A stretch of DNA of 64,000 nucleotides from Syntrophobacteraceae bacterium (GTDB taxonomy: Bacteria; Desulfobacterota; Syntrophobacteria; Syntrophobacterales; Syntrophobacteraceae), in contig JBEKPW010000002.1 in NCBI GenBank assembly GCA_049520315.1, positions 38,909 through 102,908 of the forward strand, given 5' to 3'. Within the stretch, counting starts at the first letter, position 1, and every line of letters begins with the position of its first letter. The notes beneath the pieces were generated by a model. That model made no database searches. It worked only from the letters and a program-made list of their open reading frames with translations, and was not told where the DNA came from. A program made the translations under genes and the position numbers. This document shows, piece after piece, positions 37,837 to 47,093 of this stretch.

Positions 37837-38217
37837 ATGAGTTTGGAGGCGATACAAACCGTGAAGGCCCCTGCCGCAATTGGGCCCTACTCGCAGGCGA
37901 TCCGCGCCAATGGCTTTGTTTTCGTGAGCGGCCAGATACCGATAGACCCTGAAACCGGGGAAATCGCAGGCGGTGACTTCTCAGGCCAGGCCCGCCGTTC
38001 GCTGGAGAACCTGAAGCAGGTTCTGATCGCTTCGGGGATTGGACTGGACAAAGTTGTTGCTGTCGATGTTTTTATAACCGATATTACCCAATTTTTGGCT
38101 TTCAATCAGGTATATGAAGAGTATTTTTCGGCCCACAAGCCTGCGAGGGCGGTTGTTGAGGTTAAGGGGCTGCCAAGGGGCGTGATGGTCGAAGTGAAGT
38201 GCATAGCGGTGGCATGA
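37837..38217 (+). CDS. ridA: RidA/YjgF family enamine/imine deaminase
   Basis: APAAIGPYSQAIRANGFVFVSGQIPIDPETGEI...PARAVVEVKGLPRGVMVEVKCIA. Confidence 0.9.
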   Translation: MSLEAIQTVKAPAAIGPYSQAIRANGFVFVSGQIPIDPETGEIAGGDFSGQARRSLENLKQVLIASGIGLDKVVAVDVFITDITQFLAFNQVYEEYFSAHKPARAVVEVKGLPRGVMVEVKCIAVA

Positions 38218-38297
38218 GGAGTTTTTAGTTTCGAGTTTTTAGTTTTGAGTAGATGACTAAAAACCCATAACTAATAACTTAAAACTCTTCCGCGAGC

Positions 38298-39167
38298 ATG
38301 ATCGGGGCATTATTGACGAAGAACTGGACGCGAATTGATGTAACATGCGGGCCTGAAACAGCAGATATCCTGGCTGCAGAATTTGCTGAACTTTTCAGGG
38401 TGAGCGTGGAATACATTTCGGGCGGCGTTCGCATCTATCTGGATTCCGCCCGATTCGCCGACGAGAAGGAGCGCCTGCGGCAGATTGTCGATTCCGCTCC
38501 AACTCTGCTTGACGAAGGCGCGATCGGTCTCGCCTTCTCCGAGATACCCGACGAAGACTGGTCGAGGACATGGAAGGAACATTTCAAACCTTTGCAGGTG
38601 GGGAAGCGATTTCTCGTTTCGCCTACCTGGGAGGCGGTACGCTGCGACTCGGAGCGCTTGATCATTCGAATCGATCCGGGGCGTGCTTTCGGGACCGGCC
38701 ACCATGAGAGCACTCGGCTCTGTCTGGAATGGCTGGAAAGTTGCCACCCGGGCTCAGCTCGGATGTCGCTGCTTGACCTCGGAACCGGATCGGGCATTCT
38801 CGCAATCGGCGCGGCCCTGCTCGGATTCCGGAAGGTCGTTGGGATCGACAATGACCCCGAAGCCATCAAAGTTGCAAAAGAAAACATTATACTGAACGGG
38901 CTGTCGGAAAAAATCAGTCTCTTGTGTTCGACCCCTGAAGGGGTGGGCGGCCCGTTCGACGTCGTGATTTCCAACATTGAGTCTAAGCCTCTTATCAGGA
39001 TGTCGGAAACGATCGTCTCTAAAGTGCGTGGTAAAGGGCTGCTCGCACTCAGTGGAATTCTGATCGAACAGGCCGATGAGGTGAGCGCCGAATATGAAAA
39101 AAGAGGCCTTAGGCTGACCGGTGCTAAAACGGCCGGAGAGTGGGTGCTTTTGGGGTTCCAAAAGTGA
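38298..39167 (+). CDS. prmA: Ribosomal protein L11 methyltransferase
   Basis: [23 protein letters not shown] and the SAM motif [12 protein letters not shown]. Confidence 0.85.
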   Translation: MIGALLTKNWTRIDVTCGPETADILAAEFAELFRVSVEYISGGVRIYLDSARFADEKERLRQIVDSAPTLLDEGAIGLAFSEIPDEDWSRTWKEHFKPLQVGKRFLVSPTWEAVRCDSERLIIRIDPGRAFGTGHHESTRLCLEWLESCHPGSARMSLLDLGTGSGILAIGAALLGFRKVVGIDNDPEAIKVAKENIILNGLSEKISLLCSTPEGVGGPFDVVISNIESKPLIRMSETIVSKVRGKGLLALSGILIEQADEVSAEYEKRGLRLTGAKTAGEWVLLGFQK

Positions 39168-39177
39168 AAGGGAGGGT

Positions 39178-40413
39178 ATGAAGGATACTGAGTTCACTGG
39201 CGAATGGATCACCCTGGACGCCCGGGGAAGCATAGATGTTCCATCAGATCCAAACGTCGGATTTATCGAAGGCGACGGAACAGGACCTGACATCTGGGCG
39301 GCTGCAAAGCCGGTATTCGATGAAGCTGTTCTAAAAGCATATTCCGGGATAAGGAAGATTCACTGGTTCGAACTTCTCGCGGGCGGAAAAGCCGTTGATG
39401 AAACGGGCGACCCGTTGCCGGAAAAGACAATCGATCTGATCGCAAAGAGCAGAGTTGCCATAAAAGGCCCTCTCACCACGCCGGTCGGGAGCGGCATAAG
39501 GAGTCTGAACGTAACGCTCAGGCAGTCCCTCGATCTTTATGCGTGCATTCGCCCGGTAAGATATTTCACTGGCATCCCCTCACCCGTTCGCCATCCTGAA
39601 AAGGTCAACATGATCATCTTCAGGGAAAACACAGAGGACGTTTACGCTGGAATCGAATGGGCATCCGGATCAGAAGAGGCAAACAAGCTTGCGTGCTTTC
39701 TTGCGGAAAGTTTTCAGGTCACACTGCCTGACTGCTCCGGTATCGGGATAAAGCCGATCAGTCCGGGGGGGACCAGGAGGCTTGTGCGGCGCGCTATTGT
39801 CTACGCTATCGAACGAGGCCTTCCTTCTGTTACCCTGGTTCATAAGGGAAATATCATGAAGTTCACCGAAGGCGCTTTTCGCAATTGGGGCTATCAACTG
39901 GCGAAGGAAGAATTCGGGGACCGGACCGTCACCGAAAGCGATGTTCAGCTAAAGTTCGGCGGGAGGACCCCCGAAGGCAAAATTGTGATTAAAGAGCGAA
40001 TTACCGATTCAATGTTCCAGCAGGTTCTGCTAAGACCTGAGGAATTCAGCGTAATTGCAACGTCCAATCTGAACGGAGACTACCTCTCGGACGCACTTGC
40101 GGCTCAGGTCGGCGGGTTGGGGATGGCGCCCGGCGCAAACATCGGGGACCATGCCGCCGTCTTCGAGGCCACGCACGGGACGGCCCCCAAGTACGCCGGT
40201 CTGGACAAAGTAAACCCTGGATCGTTGATCCTTTCGGGAGTTATGATGCTTGAGCACATGGGGTGGACCGAAGCGGCGGACCTCATAAGGGAAGGCATCG
40301 AGCGGACAATCAGGGATAAAATTGTCACTTATGACCTTGCCCGGCAGATGAGGGGCGCAAAAGAGGTCAGATGCTCCGAGTTCGGACAGGCGATAATAGA
40401 ACATATGGATTAG
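39178..40413 (+). CDS. icd: NADP-dependent isocitrate dehydrogenase (dimeric type)
   Basis: [55 protein letters not shown]. Confidence 0.9.
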   Translation: MKDTEFTGEWITLDARGSIDVPSDPNVGFIEGDGTGPDIWAAAKPVFDEAVLKAYSGIRKIHWFELLAGGKAVDETGDPLPEKTIDLIAKSRVAIKGPLTTPVGSGIRSLNVTLRQSLDLYACIRPVRYFTGIPSPVRHPEKVNMIIFRENTEDVYAGIEWASGSEEANKLACFLAESFQVTLPDCSGIGIKPISPGGTRRLVRRAIVYAIERGLPSVTLVHKGNIMKFTEGAFRNWGYQLAKEEFGDRTVTESDVQLKFGGRTPEGKIVIKERITDSMFQQVLLRPEEFSVIATSNLNGDYLSDALAAQVGGLGMAPGANIGDHAAVFEATHGTAPKYAGLDKVNPGSLILSGVMMLEHMGWTEAADLIREGIERTIRDKIVTYDLARQMRGAKEVRCSEFGQAIIEHMD

Positions 40414-40448
40414 CAGGAAGCATGAAGTTTTTTGCTTCTCGCTACGAT

Positions 40449-41657
40449 TCATTTTTTGCCGATCAGTTTTAACGCCTGGCTGAGGTCTTCGCGCAGGTCT
40501 TCGAAATCCTCGCATCCTGTGGAAAGACGAACAAGCTCGTCGAGAATGCCTGCCTCCCGCCTTTCTTCCAGCGGAAGGGAAGCATGCGTCATCGAGGCCG
40601 GGTGTTCTATCAGCGATTCGACCCCGCCCAGCGATACTGCCAGTGTAATCAGGCGCACGCTGTTCATTAAGGTTATTCCGCCCTGAAGTCCGTTTTGCAC
40701 TCCAAATGAAATCATCGAGCCAAAACCGTCCATCTGGCGTTTTGCCAGCTCATGCTGAGGGTGGTCCGAAAGACCGGGATAGCTTACCCATGTTACCTTG
40801 GGATGAGATTTTAGAAACTCGGCCAGCTTCATTGCGTTTTCCTGGGCCTTCTCGATCCTGAGGGGCAGAGTGCGCAACCCCCGCAGGATGAGCCATGCCT
40901 GGTGGGGGTCCATCGTTCCACCGAAGAGGCAGACGATCTTCTTGACACGGCTGTAATGTTCTTCGGTTTTTGTTACGACCATCCCTCCGACTACGTCGGT
41001 GTGGCCATTGATGAACTTGGTCAGGCTGTGAATAACGATATCGGCGCCAAACTCAATCGGCCGCTGGAGGTATGGGCTTGCGAAAGTATTATCTACTGCC
41101 AGAAGGACCCCGTGTTTTTTCGCAATTGCGGCCGCCCCGGCCAGGTCGGTGATCTTCATGCTTGGATTCATGGGAGATTCCACGAAAATCATTCTGGTCG
41201 CCGGGCGAATGGCTTTCTCGATGTTTGACAGCTCCGAGCTGTCCACAAACGTGGTTTCCACTCCATACCGGGTAAGCTCGCTTTCAAGAATCACACGGGA
41301 GGAACCGTAAAGACAATTGGCGGCAACTACATGATCTCCCCGGCTCAGAAAGGATATGTAAACCGAACTAACAGCCGCCATTCCAGTAGCGGTCGCCACT
41401 CCGGCGAAACCGCCCTCCAACGTTGCGACGCCTTCCTCAAGGGCATTTACAGTTGGATTGTTGAGCCTGGTGTATATGTATCCGGACTGCTTTCCGGAAA
41501 ATCGGGCGGCCCCGTCGGCCGCGCTCGGGAAAGCAAACGTAGAACTTTGAAATATAGGAACGGATACTTCTCCGTATATGCTGTGTTCAAGACCTCCGGC
41601 ATGAATGGCTTTTGTGAATTTTCGCATTGCCGGGTGTTTCTTCAGATCGGTTTTCAT
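40449..41657 (-). CDS. Cys/Met-metabolism PLP-dependent enzyme (methionine gamma-lyase / cystathionine gamma-synthase family)
   Basis: GGGAGA RBS before ATG 41657. PLP-lysine region HSLTKFINGHTDVVGG. Exact specificity cannot be told from the sequence. Confidence 0.8.
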   Translation of the reverse strand: MKTDLKKHPAMRKFTKAIHAGGLEHSIYGEVSVPIFQSSTFAFPSAADGAARFSGKQSGYIYTRLNNPTVNALEEGVATLEGGFAGVATATGMAAVSSVYISFLSRGDHVVAANCLYGSSRVILESELTRYGVETTFVDSSELSNIEKAIRPATRMIFVESPMNPSMKITDLAGAAAIAKKHGVLLAVDNTFASPYLQRPIEFGADIVIHSLTKFINGHTDVVGGMVVTKTEEHYSRVKKIVCLFGGTMDPHQAWLILRGLRTLPLRIEKAQENAMKLAEFLKSHPKVTWVSYPGLSDHPQHELAKRQMDGFGSMISFGVQNGLQGGITLMNSVRLITLAVSLGGVESLIEHPASMTHASLPLEERREAGILDELVRLSTGCEDFEDLREDLSQALKLIGKK

Positions 41658-41793
41658 TGGGATCTCCCTGGATGTGAGGCCTGTGCGCCACGCGTGTCTA
41701 AATAGTTTCCGTCCGGAAAGGGTCCTTTTTCGCCCTTGGGCGGTGGGACCGCCAGCCAACTTGGCCACTGCCTTCGGCGGTGGCACAGGCAGG

Positions 41794-41968
41794 ATCTCGA
41801 CGCTCCGCGAGGCGGTACACAGGTACGCCTCCGCGCAACCCCTCCCTTCGCAGGGCTCAGGGCAAGCTCTTTTCTTGCCAGGACGAAAAATGCCTCCTTT
41901 CCAAATCGAAAACTGCTTGTGTCTCTATAAGGTGAAATTCTCCTACGTTCATCCGGGTTTCCGGGTGG
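41794..41968 (+). repeat. Dispersed two-hairpin element R1, copy B
   Basis: Aligns with the reverse complement of 16659-16812 and carries a ~22-nt insertion. A short inverted partial copy of the TTTCCG..CGGAAA core lies at 41700-41732. Confidence 0.8.
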
Positions 41969-42330
41969 ACACTAAATATGATGTCCACAGCCCGCCAACA
42001 TGTGAGGGGGGCGGGCACACAAAATGGATTTAAGGTCTTAAGCACCGAAGTCAATATCGCAGGTTTTTTCGAAACCGCTTTTCACGCCCTTTTTGGGGCA
42101 CCCGGAAACCATGAACAGTGTCATTCCCTTCGCGCCTCTCCCTGGCCTGTCGATGATCAGTCTTCGCGTGGGAACTTTTGGAAACAGAGAAATTCTCTTT
42201 TGAACGCTCGCCGGCTATAATGCACAGAAAGTCCCATCAGGACTCTTAAAGACAGCTCTTGCTTAATTAACAGGGTAAACCTCCGGCTCTGCCGGGGGAC
42301 TCGCAGGGTTTGACATTTTCGGGAGTCGAG

Positions 42331-42442
42331 TCGTCATCCCGGCGGTGTCTTTGGGCCGGGATCCAGGCCTTGGACATGTTAGGAATCAGAAACGACACAG
42401 GACTTAGACTGGATTCCGGCCGGAAACATGCCGGAATGACGG
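42331..42442. repeat. Nested inverted-repeat element (TCATCCCGG...CCGGGATCCAG type)
   Basis: Left arm TCGTCATCCCGGCGGTGTCTTTGGGCCGGGATCCAGGCC (42331-42369) and right arm CTGGATTCCGGCCGGAAACATGCCGGAATGACGG (42409-42442). Each arm contains its own CCGG..CCGG hairpin. Confidence 0.7.
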
Positions 42443-42583
42443 TGGCGTGTCAGCCATCCACCCTGCTGAAGTCCTGGAAGCGAATAAGTGCTTACAACCG
42501 CTTTGAGCGGTCCACGGTTTTCCCGGCCTCCGGCTTTGCCGGAGGTGTGTGACTCCTGATACACAAACGGACCGATAGGAAAA

Positions 42584-43486
42584 ATGATCGTAAGCGTGAG
42601 CCGCCGGACTGACATCCCGGCTTTTTATTCGGAATGGTTTTTGAACCGGATACGCCGGGGTTGGTGTTTTGTGCCCAATCCGTTCAACCCGAATCAGGTC
42701 TCGAGGGTCCCTCTGTCCACCGGGGAAGTTGATGCTTTTGTTTTCTGGAGCCGCAATCCGCGCCCGCTTATGAGATACCTCGACGAACTCGACGATATGG
42801 GCTGCCGATACTACTTTCTTTTCACTCTGATCGGCTATCCGGACCGGATAGACCCCGGGTCGCCGCCGCCGAGCCTGTCCATAAGGACTTTTCAGGAGCT
42901 TGCAGCGCGAGTTGGGCCGCAAAGGGTCATCTGGCGTTACGACCCTATAGTTTTGAGCGGGATCAGCGGGACCGGGTTTCATGAAAGCAATTTCCGGCTG
43001 CTTGCTCAAGAGCTCAAAGGGGCTACCGGCCGGTGCGTAATCAGCTTCGTCAAACCCTATCGGAAAGCGCGCGCCCGAATGGAGGCTGCGGCACAGGGCA
43101 GCTCTGAGCCTGTCGACTTTGGCAGCCTGCCGCTTCAGGGGCTTTTGAGCGCAATTTCAGAGACCGCCCGCGAAAACGGAATGGAAATATGCTCCTGCGC
43201 CTCAGAGCAGGATTTGTCTGCGTTTGGCATAAATCCTTCAAAGTGCATAGATGCGGAACTGATTTCGAAGTTGTTCTCAATCGAAATAAGCGCTCCCAAG
43301 GACCCGTGCCAGAGAAAAGAATGCGGGTGTGCAGCGAGCCGGGATATAGGCATGTACGATACCTGTCTTTTCGGGTGCAGCTACTGCTATGCGACGTCGA
43401 GCCTGGAGCGGGCCAAAGCCAACTGCGCCGCCCATGATCCGCGATCTCCAAGTCTGTTGGGCGGGGAGAAAGGCCAAAAACTTTGA
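42584..43486 (+). CDS. DUF1848-domain protein (Cys-rich C-terminus)
   Basis: MIVSVSRRTDIPAFYSEWFLNRIRRG N-terminus and C-terminal CQRKECGCAASRDIGMYDTCLFGCSYCYA are typical of DUF1848. Confidence 0.75.
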   Translation: MIVSVSRRTDIPAFYSEWFLNRIRRGWCFVPNPFNPNQVSRVPLSTGEVDAFVFWSRNPRPLMRYLDELDDMGCRYYFLFTLIGYPDRIDPGSPPPSLSIRTFQELAARVGPQRVIWRYDPIVLSGISGTGFHESNFRLLAQELKGATGRCVISFVKPYRKARARMEAAAQGSSEPVDFGSLPLQGLLSAISETARENGMEICSCASEQDLSAFGINPSKCIDAELISKLFSIEISAPKDPCQRKECGCAASRDIGMYDTCLFGCSYCYATSSLERAKANCAAHDPRSPSLLGGEKGQKL

Positions 43487-43720
43487 CAGGATCAACAGGG
43501 AACGCAGCAGAATTTCACCTTATTCAATGAAAGAGGCTAAAACCTTGCATGAAAGACCATCGAGCAGAAAAGGTGGATTTTGATTTTGGAATATTGTAAT
43601 GTGCCGGCCTTGATGGAATTCGGGCAAGCCTGCCGGACGGGGGGATGGACTAAAAACTTTGACAGGATAAACAGGGTTAAAAGGAACAGACCAAAACATA
43701 GAGGGAGTGTTTTACAACTG

Positions 43721-44734
43721 ATGATGAAAAAAGATCTTTTGACTGAACCAATAGAACATATCGATATAACTGGTTTCAATGCTGTCGGGCTGATCGAATC
43801 CATGACCAGGATGTCCTTTAGCGCCAGAGAGCTTGCTGCCGCCTCCATGATTTTTGATCGTATGATAAGTGAAGAGTCATGCACGGTTGTGTTGTCCCTT
43901 GCAGGCAGCACCAGCGCCGCAGGATGCATGGCGGTCTACAGCGACATGATTCGCTTTAACATGGTCGATGTCGTAGTGGCGACCGGGGCGAGCATCGTAG
44001 ATATGGATTTTTTTGAGGCCATTGGCTTCAGGCATTACAGGGGCAGTACGGAAATAGATGATACAGTTCTTAGGGATGCGTATGTCGATCGTATATACGA
44101 TACATTTATAGATGAAGTGCAGCTCCAGGAGTGTGACAGTGCGGTGAAAGAGATTGCAGACCGCCTTGCTCCGGGCGCTTATTCATCCCGCGAATTCATT
44201 AAAGAAATGGGGAAGCATCTGGTTTCGAATGCAAAAAAGAAAAATTCGCTGGTCCAGTGCGCCTACGAAAATAAAGTGCCGATCTTCTGCCCGGCCTTTT
44301 CCGACTCCAGCGCCGGTTTTGGCCTGGTGAAGCACCAGAAAGAAAGGCCTTCAAGTCATGTGTCAATTGACAGTGTCAAAGATTTCAGGGAGTTGACCGA
44401 GATAAAAATCAATGCGGCCGACACCGGTCTTTTGATCATAGGCGGCGGTGTGCCGAAGAATTTCATACAGGACGTTGTCATCTGTGCGGAAGTACTGGGA
44501 AAGAATGTTCCGATGCACAAGTACGCCGTTCAGATCACTGTTGCCGATTCGAGAGACGGGGCATGCTCCAGCTCTACGCTGAAGGAAGCGAGGTCCTGGG
44601 GTAAGGTCGACTCCGGAAATGATCAGATGGTCTTTTGCGAAGGCACAATTGCCGTGCCCATTCTCGCAAGTTACGCTTATCACCGTGGGCACTGGAAAGA
44701 CAGGCGGCGGCGAAATCTGGCCGATTTGTTCTAA
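43721..44734 (+). CDS. Deoxyhypusine synthase-like protein
   Basis: GAGGGAG RBS before ATG 43721. SLAGSTSAAGC, DVVVATGASIVDMDFFEA and GGGVPKNF match the DHS fold family. Confidence 0.75.
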   Translation: MMKKDLLTEPIEHIDITGFNAVGLIESMTRMSFSARELAAASMIFDRMISEESCTVVLSLAGSTSAAGCMAVYSDMIRFNMVDVVVATGASIVDMDFFEAIGFRHYRGSTEIDDTVLRDAYVDRIYDTFIDEVQLQECDSAVKEIADRLAPGAYSSREFIKEMGKHLVSNAKKKNSLVQCAYENKVPIFCPAFSDSSAGFGLVKHQKERPSSHVSIDSVKDFRELTEIKINAADTGLLIIGGGVPKNFIQDVVICAEVLGKNVPMHKYAVQITVADSRDGACSSSTLKEARSWGKVDSGNDQMVFCEGTIAVPILASYAYHRGHWKDRRRRNLADLF

Positions 44735-44794
44735 GAAAGGGAGCAGGAAGCAAGAAGCAGGGAGCAAGAAGCAAAGCCCGTGTAATTCTCCGCT

Positions 44795-45361
44795 TCACCC
44801 TCCGGCAGTATAAACCGACAGCGTCTCCCTGCCGCACGTCAGCTTTTCCATGAGTGCAAGCCGCTTTGGTGGAAAATGAGGGCCGTAGATAAAAAGGGTT
44901 CCATCCCAGCCCTCGATGGCCTTCTCCAGGGCATCGACGGGTTTGTCGGGATAGATGTAGAGACAGTCGGCCTCTTGAATGCGCTGAGTCAGGAAATCGG
45001 CGCAAATGAACCCGACGCGGTCCTGGATATTCAGATCGCGTGCGGCGCGAGCGGCGCGCGATACCAGACAAGGATCGGATTCTATTCCGATCGACCTTGT
45101 GAACAGGCCTGCGGCGCAGGAAGCAACCCCATCTCCGCTTCCGAGGTCTATAAAGAGGCGAAACTGAGACAGGTCTACTCTTTTGAAGAAATTGAACAGG
45201 TGCTCGGGCCTTGAAGCAGCCCATGCGCCGGAGGCAGTTAAACGATAGGGCAGGGCCTCGCCATATTCTCCATCCGGGCCATGGAGCCTCCGGAAATATT
45301 CGATAATCTCGGCCGCTGTCTTAGGCTCGCGCTTATCCTCTGATGATAGAGTCGGGTTCAT
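44795..45361 (-). CDS. SAM-dependent methyltransferase (class I)
   Basis: Motif I FIDLGSGDGV. Start chosen at ATG 45361, overlapping the upstream gene by 29 nt. Confidence 0.65.
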   Translation of the reverse strand: MNPTLSSEDKREPKTAAEIIEYFRRLHGPDGEYGEALPYRLTASGAWAASRPEHLFNFFKRVDLSQFRLFIDLGSGDGVASCAAGLFTRSIGIESDPCLVSRAARAARDLNIQDRVGFICADFLTQRIQEADCLYIYPDKPVDALEKAIEGWDGTLFIYGPHFPPKRLALMEKLTCGRETLSVYTAGG

Positions 45362-46136
45362 AGTAGCCGGCGCGCACGGATGTGAGAGGAAAAACCTGGC
45401 AGCCTCTGCCCAGAACAGTCCCGGGATTGGTGACAGAGTTGCACCCTGTCTCCACATGGTCTCCGAGAACGGCGCCGAATTTGCGCAGATTTGTAACGAT
45501 CAGTGTGCCCTGAGCCATAACACGGATGGTCTGGTCCCTTATCTTGAGGTTGGCCAGCTTCGTTCCGGCCCCGAGGTTGGCTTCATGTCCCACCAGGCTG
45601 TCCCCGATGTAGGCAAAGTGCCCGGCCTTTGCACCGTCCAGCATGATGCTTGTCTTCATCTCGGTGGTGTGGCCGACAATGCATCTGGCCCCGACTATAC
45701 ATTTTCCCCTCATATAAGCGCCCTGCCGCACCTCGGTCTGAGCCCCTATTATAGATGGGCCCTTCACCAGAGCGCCGGGTTCGAGGACGGCCCCCGGACC
45801 GATGAAGATCGCTTCGTCCCAAAGTACGCTCCCCTCACACAGCACAGTCGCCTCGCTCGTTTCCTCGCCGCCTATGCTCACGCGGAATTCGCCTTTGCCG
45901 ACATTTCCGCCGATGATCTCGAAACCGCCATCCAGAATCTCTCCGCGCCACATTACGACCGTTTTCGGCAGAGGGCGCCTGAAACACTTCAGGTCCCCGA
46001 CGTTTGGCTCGAGGTGCTTTTCCAGATAGCCGGAAATTTTGCTAAGGGCATCCCAGACGTACTTGCAGCCTGCAAACACGTCACGGTGAACGAATGAAGC
46101 CATATTAAAAAACGCATCGGGTTTCAGGTAATCCAT
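45333..46136 (-). CDS. Left-handed beta-helix (hexapeptide-repeat) transferase-like protein
   Basis: AAAGGGAAG RBS. Repeated [LIV]G-x4 hexapeptides (IIGAQTEVRQGAYMRGKCIVGARCIVGHTTEMKTSIM...IGDSLVGHEANLGAGT). Confidence 0.75.
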   Translation of the reverse strand: MDYLKPDAFFNMASFVHRDVFAGCKYVWDALSKISGYLEKHLEPNVGDLKCFRRPLPKTVVMWRGEILDGGFEIIGGNVGKGEFRVSIGGEETSEATVLCEGSVLWDEAIFIGPGAVLEPGALVKGPSIIGAQTEVRQGAYMRGKCIVGARCIVGHTTEMKTSIMLDGAKAGHFAYIGDSLVGHEANLGAGTKLANLKIRDQTIRVMAQGTLIVTNLRKFGAVLGDHVETGCNSVTNPGTVLGRGCQVFPLTSVRAGYYEPDSIIRG

Positions 46137-46320
46137 AGAGCTTCCCTTTCAACGTGAAATTAGTCCGGAAGGCCTGGAAATTGCATAATTTTATGGCCTG
46201 ATTTCGTTTTCTGCCGATTTACTTATATAGCCTAAAAGTGCCGCGCCGGAAATATATACCTCGCGCGACAGAGTCTTAAGGCATAGATGGGAAGAAAATA
46301 TTCAATCAGGAGATTGACCA

Positions 46321-46983
46321 GTGAGAGTTCAATGCAAGGGATGCCGGATTGGATTCAACATACCTGACGATAAAGTGCCCGAGGGTAAGGCGCTCAAAAT
46401 TCTCTGTCCAAAGTGCAAAGCGCCTACGGAAATCAATGAAGAAGCCATCCCCCCTAAACTTGACGATCGGGTTCCGTATCTGTCGGAAAGCAACGAACCC
46501 GAATTTGGCGAAGACCCCCTTTTGGATTACGCAAATGCAATAGACGCAGTTGATGAAGGGGTAAAAACCGCTTTGCTATGCGACACCAACGCTAAACGCG
46601 CTGAAAAGATCGTGCAGGCGCTCCAGGAACTCGACTTCTGGGTCGTCCATGCCTTGCGCCCGGCATTCGCCCTGGGAAAGCTGCACCACAATAACTATGA
46701 CCTTATAGTCCTGGAAGAGAATTTTAATTCCGACAAGGACTCCGAAAACCTTGTTCTCCACCACGTTCAAGTTCTTGCAATGCACCAGAGAAGGCAATTC
46801 TACCTCTGCCTTCTCTGCGGGGATAAACCAACTCTGGATGCGAAGCTGGCATTCAGGATGGGAGTAAATCTCATTTTGAATTTTCAGGACCTTGAAAAGG
46901 CAAAAGTTCTTTTTGCCCGCGCAATGAAAGAATACAGGAATTTCTACGGTCTTTTCACTGCAGAGCTTAACAGGAAGAGGTAG
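46321..46983 (+). CDS. MJ0042-type zinc-ribbon protein with receiver-like C-terminal domain
   Basis: GTG start. VQCKGCRIGFNIPDDKVPEGKALKILCPKCKAP zinc ribbon. The C-terminal region has a CheY-like alternation but has Glu where the phospho-Asp would be (DLIVLEENF). Confidence 0.65.
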   Translation: MRVQCKGCRIGFNIPDDKVPEGKALKILCPKCKAPTEINEEAIPPKLDDRVPYLSESNEPEFGEDPLLDYANAIDAVDEGVKTALLCDTNAKRAEKIVQALQELDFWVVHALRPAFALGKLHHNNYDLIVLEENFNSDKDSENLVLHHVQVLAMHQRRQFYLCLLCGDKPTLDAKLAFRMGVNLILNFQDLEKAKVLFARAMKEYRNFYGLFTAELNRKR

Positions 46984-47045
46984 CAAAAGAAGAGTGAAGA
47001 GTGAAGTAGGAAGGGTGAGATTTTCACCCTTCACTCTTCTAACTT
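46984..47045. terminator. Hairpin between convergent genes, built from GAAGAGTG repeats
   Basis: AGAAGAGTGAAGAGTGAAGTAGGAAGGGTGA-gattt-TCACCCTTCACTCTTCT. Confidence 0.55.
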
Positions 47046-47093
47046 CCGGGTACACCTCAGACGGGAGCGCCGCTTGGCACAGGTGCTGTGTTT

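Noticed and set aside
41658-41790. SAM or other riboswitch in the leader of the Met-metabolism PLP enzyme gene.
   Set aside because: I could not find the conserved S-box or SAM-II core sequences. Most of the leader is occupied by a fragment of repeat R1. A covariance-model search is needed for a firm answer.
42195-42220. Sigma-70 promoter TTGAAC ... TATAAT in the large non-coding region.
   Set aside because: Only 10 nt separate the two hexamers, well short of the 16-18 nt needed. The TATAAT may still be a -10 box, but no matching -35 was found.
43580-43720. N-terminal extension of the DHS-like ORF (start 43580, MILEYCNV...KNFDRINRVKRNR).
   Set aside because: The extension is encoded by the repeat module and has no RBS. 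ATG 43721 follows GAGGGAG, and the protein aligns with the family from there.
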